From Caldilineaceae bacterium (lineage in GTDB: Bacteria > Chloroflexota > Anaerolineae > Caldilineales > Caldilineaceae): a stretch of 64,000 nucleotides of DNA. The notes under the pieces were generated by a model, which saw only the letters and a list, made by a program, of their open reading frames with translations, searched no databases and had not been told where the DNA came from. Below are positions 29,991 through 37,900 of this stretch, piece after piece. Location: positions 4,762,006 to 4,826,005 of the forward strand of contig OZ241972.1 of NCBI GenBank assembly GCA_965204025.1, given 5' to 3'. Every line of letters begins with the position of its first letter. Position 1 is the first letter of the stretch. The position numbers were made by a program, and so were the translations under genes.

Positions 29991-30974
29991 TCAACCCGCG
30001 AACTCCGTGTCGCCGTGCCAGTCCCGCGCGCGCAGCCACGGCACGGTGGCGTCCACGGGGACCACGCCCGATTCCCGGTAGGGCCGGTTTGGATCCCCCT
30101 CCGCGTTGTCCCAGGTGGGATCGGTGCGGCCTTCGGCCACGGCCGTCGCAAAGGCCAGGGCCTCGTCCAGGCGGGCGGCCAGAAAGTCCCGCAGCGGACG
30201 GACCGCGGCTTCACGGGCCGGCACGTCCAGCGGTTCCATGCCGGCCAGGGTTGCGAAGTAGTCGGTCCGCTGGTCGAGCGTGACGACCAGCGGCGGGTAA
30301 CCTGCGTTCATCGCCATCCAGTTGACCAGCCAGCGCGCCATGCGGCCGTTGCCGTCGTCGTAGGGATGGATGGCGATGAAGTCCCAGTGCAGGGAGGCGA
30401 TCGCCCAGGCGGGGTCCAACGCCTGCGGATCATGGGCCAGGATGTCAATACGCTGGTGCATGCGGTCCAGCAGTTGATCCATGAGGTGCGGCACCGCGTC
30501 CGGCGGCTGGAACACCACCAGCCGACGCGCGGAGCGGAGGGCGTTGGGCATGTTCTTGAATCTACCCAGCGCCACCTGGCCCGACGGCTGTCCGGCCGTG
30601 TTGTGGGCCGCATACGACCGCACCAGCATGTGTCTGTGCGTGGTGTGCAGGTCCTCGATGTCCAGGCGGTGCCTGCGGTTGACCATCCGCGTCAACAGGT
30701 GTACGGCCTCGTTGTGGCCGCGCATCTGGTCGACATCGAGGAGTTTCGTCCATCCGCCGGCGGGCGTGCGCCCGTGTGCGAGGACGGCCAGCGTGTCCGC
30801 ATACGACAGGCTGCCACCCTCGATGGCGTTGGAATGGCAACTCCAGCGCAGGCGCACGTTGCCCCACCACTGGCGCAGCACGCGATCGGTCATCGACGGG
30901 GCCTCGTGCCAGCGGCGGCGGCCCTCCCGCAGCCGCCCGGCGCCGACCGTTGATGCGGGTGATCGCCTTCTCAA
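29991..30974 (-). CDS. Fic/DOC family protein (intact)
   Basis: Fic motif HPYDDGNGRMARWLVN. An alternative start lies at 30893. It begins 12 nt after the stop of the upstream gene. Confidence 0.85.
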   Translation of the reverse strand: MRRRSPASTVGAGRLREGRRRWHEAPSMTDRVLRQWWGNVRLRWSCHSNAIEGGSLSYADTLAVLAHGRTPAGGWTKLLDVDQMRGHNEAVHLLTRMVNRRHRLDIEDLHTTHRHMLVRSYAAHNTAGQPSGQVALGRFKNMPNALRSARRLVVFQPPDAVPHLMDQLLDRMHQRIDILAHDPQALDPAWAIASLHWDFIAIHPYDDGNGRMARWLVNWMAMNAGYPPLVVTLDQRTDYFATLAGMEPLDVPAREAAVRPLRDFLAARLDEALAFATAVAEGRTDPTWDNAEGDPNRPYRESGVVPVDATVPWLRARDWHGDTEFAG

Positions 30975-30986
30975 GGTCCTGTCAAA

Positions 30987-31589
30987 TTAGAAGGCGAGTG
31001 CACCGGGGAATTCCGAGTGCTGCCACAACAGGGCCTGCGCGAGCATGTAGCGCGCCCCAGTCTGGGCGCGCGGCATGGCGAAATCCAGCCAGCAGCCGCA
31101 GCCGGGCGGCAACAGGCTGCCGGCCTCCAGGAACCAGCGCCGCACCTCGATGTCCCACACCAGTTCGCCCACACGGTGGCCGTCGACCAGGATCCGATAG
31201 GCGTCGGCGTCGGTGTCGTCCCGGCGGTCGGGCGGCGACGAGGGCTGGAACTCGATTGTCGGCACGGTCTCCAACGCGCGCTCGAAGCGGCTCCAGCGCG
31301 CCTTCCACCAAATCCACCAGCGCTGCACGAGTTCGGCCCCGTCGCGGGTTTCGAGATGCACGAGCGGCCGCAGCAGCGAGCGGCCGGTGTTCCAGACGCG
31401 GACCACCGAACCGTCGGGGAACGTCCAGCCCGCGGTCTGCGAAGGGTAGGGTTCGCTCTGCGCGCCGCGGCGTTCCAGCACGCGCTCAAGGTCGTGGGGC
31501 GGAATGTCCTCGCGCCCGCAGTCGCCGATGAACGCGTGGGCCTGCGACCGGCACGCGGCGGGTATTGTCGATTGGGTGTCCATGGTCAC
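30987..31589 (-). CDS. hypothetical protein upstream of Fic
   Basis: The start abuts the stop of the preceding ORF (gtgaccatgg). Trp-rich. No motif recognised. Confidence 0.6.
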   Translation of the reverse strand: MTMDTQSTIPAACRSQAHAFIGDCGREDIPPHDLERVLERRGAQSEPYPSQTAGWTFPDGSVVRVWNTGRSLLRPLVHLETRDGAELVQRWWIWWKARWSRFERALETVPTIEFQPSSPPDRRDDTDADAYRILVDGHRVGELVWDIEVRRWFLEAGSLLPPGCGCWLDFAMPRAQTGARYMLAQALLWQHSEFPGALAF

Positions 31590-31974
31590 GTCCTCCGATC
31601 AGCTGTGTCTGTGCATTGTGTGCGGATGCTCGATGGCGTTGGAGTGCCAGCGGCGGCGGCCAGGGCCGCGGCCAAGCCGGCCTTGAGGGCGTTGTGGGCG
31701 ACCTCGAAGTTGTAGTCGTCGCGGTCCGCTTTGCCGTCCTCGTTGCCGGCAAAGTTGAACAGCAGCCGGGACACGAGGGCCTGGCAGGTCTTGAGCGAGG
31801 CTTCGAGGTCAAGGAGTTGAGGATTTTTCTCAGGTCCTCGTGTTTCAGGATGCGGACCACTTCCAAACCCAGGAGATCCTCCGGCAGGGAGAAGCGCCGG
31901 TCGTACGTCAACCGGGCCGTGGCATTGTCCTTGAGGGTTTTCAGATCCACGAGGAAAGGGTCCCATTCCAACAA
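31586..31974 (-). pseudogene. coiled-coil plus PD-(D/E)XK-like family, member d (coiled coil deleted, frame change near an A5 run)
   Basis: LLEWDPFLVDLKTLKDN and LLGLEVVRILKHEDLRKILNS match member b (LLDWDPFLMDLKNVLDN and LLGLKVVKVLERADLNDLIE). The tail LLFNFAGNEDGKADRDDYNFEVAHNALKAG is in the frame of ORF 31586..31966. Confidence 0.45.
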
Positions 31975-31985
31975 TTCGGGGTCGG

Positions 31986-32246
31986 TCAGTCGAAGTCCGG
32001 GTAGCGGCTCCACCGGCCGCCGGCGATCACGACCAGCGGCTTCGCCCAGGCGGCCGTCGCGTCGGACACATCGTAGATCTCTGCCTCGCGCTCGGCCCAC
32101 AGCTTGAGTTTCTCGAGTTGCTGCGCGCCGATGTGCGGGGCCTCCAGTTCGACGAAGTGGGTGTGGCAGTCGCACGTGTCGATCGTCATCACCGGCGCGT
32201 CGGGATCGAGGTCCTGCAGGGCCTCAATCAATTCCCTAACCTTCAT
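31986..32246 (-). CDS. MKVxELI small cysteine-motif protein, copy 4
   Basis: MKVRELIEALQDLDPDAPVMTIDTCDCHTHF...PLVVIAGGRWSRYPDFD. It overlaps the upstream gene by 11 nt. Confidence 0.75.
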   Translation of the reverse strand: MKVRELIEALQDLDPDAPVMTIDTCDCHTHFVELEAPHIGAQQLEKLKLWAEREAEIYDVSDATAAWAKPLVVIAGGRWSRYPDFD

Positions 32247-32430
32247 CGTCGGCCTTCTCGTCGGGGTCGTCTGCTGGTGCGAGTGCGTCCGCCGTGGCGG
32301 TCCGCACGGGTTCGTTCCGACACCCGGGCGGGATCTCATAGAACTCGCAGCATCCGCACTCATTGAGAATGGACACTTCAGTGTCGGGATCCATCCTGCT
32401 TAGTTTGTCAATCAAGTCACTGACCTTCAC
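32236..32430 (-). CDS. MKVxELI small cysteine-motif protein, copy 5
   Basis: MKVSDLIDKLSRMDPDTEVSILNECGCCEFYEI... It overlaps the upstream gene by 14 nt. Confidence 0.65.
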   Translation of the reverse strand: MKVSDLIDKLSRMDPDTEVSILNECGCCEFYEIPPGCRNEPVRTATADALAPADDPDEKADDEG

Positions 32431-33016
32431 CGTCGGCCTCCTGCTGCGCGGCCTGCCACTGCTCCCGTTCGCGCTCCCACTGTTCGCGTTCCCGCTGCCA
32501 CTGTGCCCGTTCCTGCTGCCTTTTGCGTTCGCGCCGTTCTTCCTGGAGCCGCTGCTCGCGTTGCGCTTCCTCCGCCTGCCTCAGGCGCGCATAGGTGTCC
32601 TTGCGTTCCCGGTCGAGGGTCTCCAGCTGGCGGCTGGTCTCGCGGATGACCGCGTGCTCTCGCTGGAGCACGCTGGCCAGCAACCCCTGCTCATCGTCCA
32701 CATAGTCGTCCATCAGCGGATTCACCAGCGGATTGGCCGCCAGCGCCATGTCCATGACGGAGACTAGTAGCCGGAGATGATTGTGCTCCAACTCGATCGG
32801 ATGGAAATCATTGCCGTAGCTGTTGTAGGTATAGAGACGCTTGCGGCCGTAGATGTCCTCCTTGACGGTGAGGTACATCTCGTTGCCGACGTTGAAATCC
32901 CTGGTCATGTGTCGGGGTCCTCCGTTGTTCGCATAACCAATGTTGACATAACGCGTCGCGGATCGCAAAACAACGGAGCCGTACCCGTCTGCGGTGGGCG
33001 GTCCGGGATTGGCCAA
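32417..33016 (-). CDS. MYLTV-family coiled-coil protein, copy 2
   Basis: Paralogue of 9839-10342. The C-terminus is a charged repeat: QREQRLQEERRERKRQQERAQWQREREQWEREREQW. The true start may be internal. Confidence 0.7.
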   Translation of the reverse strand: MANPGPPTADGYGSVVLRSATRYVNIGYANNGGPRHMTRDFNVGNEMYLTVKEDIYGRKRLYTYNSYGNDFHPIELEHNHLRLLVSVMDMALAANPLVNPLMDDYVDDEQGLLASVLQREHAVIRETSRQLETLDRERKDTYARLRQAEEAQREQRLQEERRERKRQQERAQWQREREQWEREREQWQAAQQEADGEGQ

Positions 33017-33183
33017 CTCCCTGCGCGCATCGTTGAATCGCCGACATCCGGCCCAGGGCGGGTTCCGGCTCCGCGACGTCCTCGGCGGCCGCCGTCACAA
33101 AACCCGTTCCCGAATTCCATGTACCGCTTCCGGGGTGACTTTGCGTTTGCGATACACTGCGAGCCGGCCACCGGTCGGCAATC

Positions 33184-33282
33184 ATGAAGATCGGCTACGC
33201 GCGCGTCTCCACTCCAGAACAGCAGCTCGACGCCCTCCGGACCGCGGGATTGCCCGCCCAAGGGGCAGGATCGGGGGGCTGA
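33184..33282 (+). pseudogene. serine recombinase (resolvase/invertase) N-terminal stub
   Basis: MKIGYARVSTPEQQLDALRTAGLP is followed by a stop after 32 codons. Confidence 0.6.
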
Positions 33283-33284
33283 CG

Positions 33285-33893
33285 ATGGCCACCGCGGGGA
33301 AGCGCGACCAGGACCTGTGGGCGCGAAGGCCCGTCCTATGGACTTTCAAGCAGGATTGGCCCCTCTATCTGGCGCTGATGCTGCTGGTCGTCGTCGTGCT
33401 GTTCCAATTCAACGAGGTCCTCGACGCGCGGGACGCACAGCGCGCCCGGGCGGCGCTTGTGGCCCGGTGCGACCTGGCGGCCGGCGGTGGCGTCGATCCC
33501 GCCTTCGGTGGGCAAGTGGCCCGCCCGGAGGAGCGGTGGGACGACCGCACGGTCGCCCACTATGCCGGCATCGTGGTCGGGGGCCCGTCGGCCGCCGGTT
33601 TTTGGGGCACGTACAGCAGCCCGGATCGGGAGCTCGGCGAAGTTGTATTCGTGCAGGTCGAAGGCCGGGCCAAACCCCTGGCCGTGCGGGGGCGGGACGG
33701 GGCCCTCGCCCCGGTCGGCAGTGAGCTGCGCTTCTGCGCGGCCAGCGACGGGCCCGGCTTCTGGTGGCCGATCGTCGGCTACGCGGCCGGGCGGGGCGGC
33801 GGCCGGCGCTACGGCGAACCGTCCGGACCGTTCGACACCGTGGTGTGGCTTGCCGAACTGCCCGCCGGTGGCGGGCTCGATCTGGAGGGCTGA
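33285..33893 (+). CDS. membrane-anchored hypothetical protein
   Basis: ATG at 33285. TM helix WPLYLALMLLVVVVLFQF. No motif recognised. Confidence 0.5.
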   Translation: MATAGKRDQDLWARRPVLWTFKQDWPLYLALMLLVVVVLFQFNEVLDARDAQRARAALVARCDLAAGGGVDPAFGGQVARPEERWDDRTVAHYAGIVVGGPSAAGFWGTYSSPDRELGEVVFVQVEGRAKPLAVRGRDGALAPVGSELRFCAASDGPGFWWPIVGYAAGRGGGRRYGEPSGPFDTVVWLAELPAGGGLDLEG

Positions 33894-34353
33894 CGTGGAC
33901 GAGTGCGACGCGCTGAGGGAGGACCTGCGCGGGGAGGGGCGATCCGACAGGGGACCCCAACGACCCGTGAACAAGGGTGGACGCCGGGCCAAAGCCTGGA
34001 TCTGCTGAGTGCCATGGGGACAGGACGTGAACCGCAAGCTCCGCGCCGACATGCACCAAGGGTTCGACCAGCTGCACCTCCGCTTCGACCGGTTCGAGGC
34101 GCGCATGCACCGCGGCTTCGACAACGTGGGGTTCAGCGACTGCTGTCCGTAGTCGCGGTCACTCCGGACATTCCCGATGTAGTGCGAGAACCGCTCAACC
34201 GTAGCTTGCGCTTAAGGCTGCCGCGCCTGTACGGTGCCGCTTGTCGCCGTTCGAGCGAACTGTCATGTGACACCGATTTCCGAGGGGGGCTGGGAAATCC
34301 TCCTGGACAGCGGTAACACGCCTCCCGGCTGCTGGATTCAGGGGGCCGGCGAC

Positions 34354-34880
34354 CTACGGGGCATCGGGAATCTGCCCATTTGGGGGCCGGTGCTTGCCCA
34401 GGAACTCTTCGGGGGCCGTGACAACCAAATCCAGGCGCTGGCGCAGTTCGGATGCCAGCCTCAGCACGGGCTTGTCCCACGTCAGGAACACGTCCCTGTT
34501 GGCCAGATGGTGGCCGTGGAGATGATCCCAGTCGCGCGCATCGGGCAGCCCGGGATCTTTCGGCGTGCGCCGGTCGCAGATTGAGTCCTCGACTGCAAGG
34601 AACCGCTTAGAGGGTGGCTTGTCCGCTCCCAGGATCCAGTAGCCCAACCTGGTGACCGAGGGGATTTCCAGGACATCCAGTTTGTCGAGTTCCTCCTTGA
34701 GGCGGCCGGCCCAGGGTTCGGCGGGAATGTCGGCATGGACACGGCTTGTGACCACCAACTCGACTTGTCCGTGCCGTTGCAACTCCAGCAGTTTGCGTAC
34801 GCAGGACGCCTTGGCCCGGTCTTTCCAAAGCGCCCAAAGGAGGTTGGTGTCGGGGATGGGATCCGGGCGGTGGCCGTCAT
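34354..34880 (-). CDS. PIN-like domain protein (tentative), N-terminus frameshifted or unresolved
   Basis: In frame upstream of ORF 34354..34782 I read DPIPDTNLLWALWKDR. Later acidic motifs are DARDWDHL and FLTWD. The only ATG (34880) lies in another frame. Confidence 0.35.
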
Positions 34881-35068
34881 CTTTCTGGCAATCCTGCTGC
34901 TGGGCCTATCGACCCCAAGAGATTAAGCCCATTAGGGTGAATCGTTGTGACGTTCCCCATCGGTAAGAGTTGAACGCGGCGCGCCTTGTGCGGCCCCGCG
35001 GCAGCACCCTTCGGCCCAGATGGCCGGTAAGATTCCAACCGTCGAAACCAGAGAGACAACTGTTGCCC

Positions 35069-35326
35069 ATGTCATCCAATGAACTTCTCTGTCCGATTTG
35101 GGAAACCGCACCCTTCCCGCGGGAAATCGGGCATCACGGACGACTCTGTGACTCCCCGCGGGCCGGCGGCCGCTTCAAACTCGAATATTCGGGCACCGTT
35201 GAACTCAGGCCGAATTATCGCTCTCTGACCGACGCGCAGAAGGCCAACCTGAGCTACTGGATCTACCGGCACAACCACCCCTCCTATCTCGACCGAGGGG
35301 CGTGGCGGTGTCCGGTGACCGCATGA
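35069..35326 (+). CDS. small hypothetical protein
   Basis: MSSNELLCPIWET...SPRAGGRFKLEYSGTVEL...LTDAQKANLSYWIYRHN. No motif recognised. Confidence 0.4.
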   Translation: MSSNELLCPIWETAPFPREIGHHGRLCDSPRAGGRFKLEYSGTVELRPNYRSLTDAQKANLSYWIYRHNHPSYLDRGAWRCPVTA

Positions 35327-35420
35327 GCCAGACCACAGTCTGTTGGTCGCGGCTGGCATTTTGGCCCGGGCGGCTCCTGTACAATCCCGCAGGTTCCCGC
35401 CGCGGCCCGGACACACCGCC

Positions 35421-36532
35421 ATGCGCATACTTCCGCCCCTGCATCCCACCGACGCCGACTTTGCGGCCATTCGCCGCCGGGATGGCTTCTACGTGGACAA
35501 GACCGGTTTGTTCCGGGATCTGCTTGAGGCGGATCCAAGCCCCCTGTCCAGTTCACCGCTGACCACGCGCCACCAGTTCCTGGCGCGTCCGCGGCGGTTT
35601 GGCAAGACGCTGCTAATCAACACGCTGGAAGCTTGGTTCCAGGGTTGCCGCCGGGTCACAGGGCCAATCCCGAAGGCGACACCAAGCCCCTGGAGGGCCT
35701 GCCCGCGGGCTGGACTTCGCCGCCGTGGCTGTGGGAGGGCCTGGATGCCGAGGACTGGCATGGAACGCATGGCTGGCATCCCGTGATTCGACTGGATTTG
35801 TCCCGTGCGGCGGCTTCATCGCCCGCCGGTACACTCACATACCTGCAGAACTACCTGCACAGCGTGATCCGGTTGTGGAGGCGACGCAGTGGCAGCAGTT
35901 GGATCGGTACCGAGGTTCCGCCCACTGCGTCGCCGGCGGAACTCCTGACCACCCTCGTTGAAGACCTTGCGGAAATTTACGAACCGGAACCCGTGGTCCT
36001 GGTCGACGAGTACGACGCGCCCGTTGTCAACCACATCGGGACCGACCGTTCCCTGGAACCCGCGGTCGCCGAACTCCGCGAATTCATCCGTGTGCTGAAG
36101 GACGACGAGGGCCTGCTCTACGGGGTGTTCGTGACGGGCATCACGCGCTTGGCCAAGCCGCACCTGTTCACCGCGGCCAACAACTTCGTCGACATCTCCG
36201 ACGAGCCCAGGTACGGGGCGCTGTGCGGTTTCACGGAGGACGAAGTGGACCGGCACTTCGCCCCCTACCGGGCGCGCCTCGCGGAACTGGAGCCGGGACT
36301 GGACGATGCGGCCATTCGGGCCGCGTGGCGGGATCTCTACAACGGCTACCGCTTCTCGGAACTGCCCTCGACCCCGCGCGTCTACAACCCCTTCACGCTG
36401 ACCAACGGGGTGTTCCGCGTGCTCGCGGAGCCGGATCGCCGCCGCGTGGCGGCGGACGGCACCTGGCCGTCGGCCTGGGGCGAGTCCGGTCACTCGGGTC
36501 TCATCGCGCGTCTGGCCGCAGACCCGCGCTAG
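35421..36532 (+). pseudogene. AAA-ATPase-like / PDDEXK_9 family, paralogue 2 (frameshifted, 3-prime truncated, abutted by IS630)
   Basis: About 80% similar to paralogue 1. It has caggg-ttgcc at about 35640 where paralogue 1 has cagggg-ttgcc, so one G is missing. The reading frame ends at the IS630 junction and the PD-(D/E)XK C-terminal domain is absent. Confidence 0.75.
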
Positions 36533-37677
36533 TGCACGCTTGCGTAAGTACTGTGTCTAAAATAGGGGCTGCATGGACCCCCACAGACATCAGCAGGCGA
36601 TCATGGCACGCACCCGCGGTTTGACCTTGCAGGCGACGGACCAACCGACCCTGGAGCAGTGGGCGCGGTCGCAGAGCCTGCCCCACCACCAGGTGCAGCG
36701 CGCCCGCATGCTGCTGGGCCTGGCGGCCGGGCAGACCCTGGCCGCCGTCGCGGCCACCGTGGGCACCAGCGACGAAACGGTCGCGCGCTGGCGCAACCGG
36801 TACCTGGCCGAGGGCTTGGCGGGACTGGCGGACCGCCCCCGCAGCGGTCGTCCGCCGACCTACACGGACGCGGACCGGGAGGCCATGTGGAAGAAGCTGC
36901 AGGCGGACCCGCCCGACGGCCACACCTGCTGGAGTCTGAGCCTGATGGCCCGGGAGACCGGCATCTCGACCGCCCAGCTGAGCCGCTGGTGGTCGGCGGC
37001 CGGGATCCAGCCCCACCGCGTGCGCACCTTCAAGCTGTCCAACGACCCCCGGTTCGAGGCCAAGCTGCGCGACGTGATCGCAGTCTACGAAAAAAAAGCG
37101 CGCCCGACGTTGTGAGACTGTGCTTCGACGAGAAGCCCCAGATGCAGGCCCTGGCCCGTACCCAGGCCGGCCTGCCCGCGAGTGCCGGGCGCCCCGCCAC
37201 CCGTACCCACGACTACGTCCGCCACGGCACCCTCTCCCTGAGGGCCGCCCTGGACCTGGACACCGGTCGCATCTACTATGCCTGTGCCGCCCGCAACCGG
37301 CATCAGGAGTTCCTGGCCTTCCTGCGCCAGCTGACACGGCGCTTCCCCACCCAGCAGGTGCATCTGGTCCTGGACAACTACTCCCCCCACAAGCACCACA
37401 AGGTGAAGGCCTGGCGGGAGGCCCATCCCCGCTTCCACTTCCACTTCATCCCCACCTATTCCTCCTGGTTGAACCGGGTCGAGTCTTGGTTCAGCACCCT
37501 GCAGCGTCAGGTCATGGACCGCGGCTCCTTCGACGATGTGGCCGACCTGCAGGCGACCCTGGGCCGCTACGTGCGGGGCCACAACCGCCGGGCCACGCCT
37601 CCCCGGTGGAAGGTCAAGGCCGATGCCATCCTGGCCCAACTCGCTCAGATCCGCAGAACTTACGAAATGGTGCACTA
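36530..37677 (+). mobile_element. IS630-family insertion sequence
   Basis: Imperfect terminal inverted repeats: tagtgcacgcttgcgtaagt and acttacgaaatggtgcacta. A TA dinucleotide sits at both junctions (36530-31 and 37676-77). Confidence 0.8.
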
Positions 37678-37678
37678 G
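36573..37678 (+). CDS. IS630-family transposase (two frames joined at the A8 run 37090-37097)
   Basis: The HTH N-terminal part is ORF 36573..37115. The DDE part (CFDEKPQMQAL...LVLDNYSPHKH...IPTYSSWLNRVESWF) is in the frame of ORF 36659..37678. Confidence 0.8.
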
Positions 37679-37900
37679 GCTGCAGACGAGCTTTGGGAGG
37701 TCGAGCCCGTAACAGCACCCAATCGGGCCCCGCGGGATCCACCGATTATGTATGGCTTGTCATGGCTTGGTATGCAAATGGGGCTCGCACCGCCTTTCCC
37801 GGCGCGTCACCCAGCCACAATGGAGCGGAACACGCTGGAACCACCCTCCAAGTGTTGAGTAACAGTCGCTTGCCAAACCGGTAGGGATGCTTGTTCGCAA

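Noticed and set aside
34020-34146. Short ORF VNRKLRADMHQGFDQLHLRFDRFEARMHRGFDNVGFSDCC, resembling the coiled-coil units of family member b
   Set aside because: It is too short and isolated. It could be another decayed family remnant but is unsupported.
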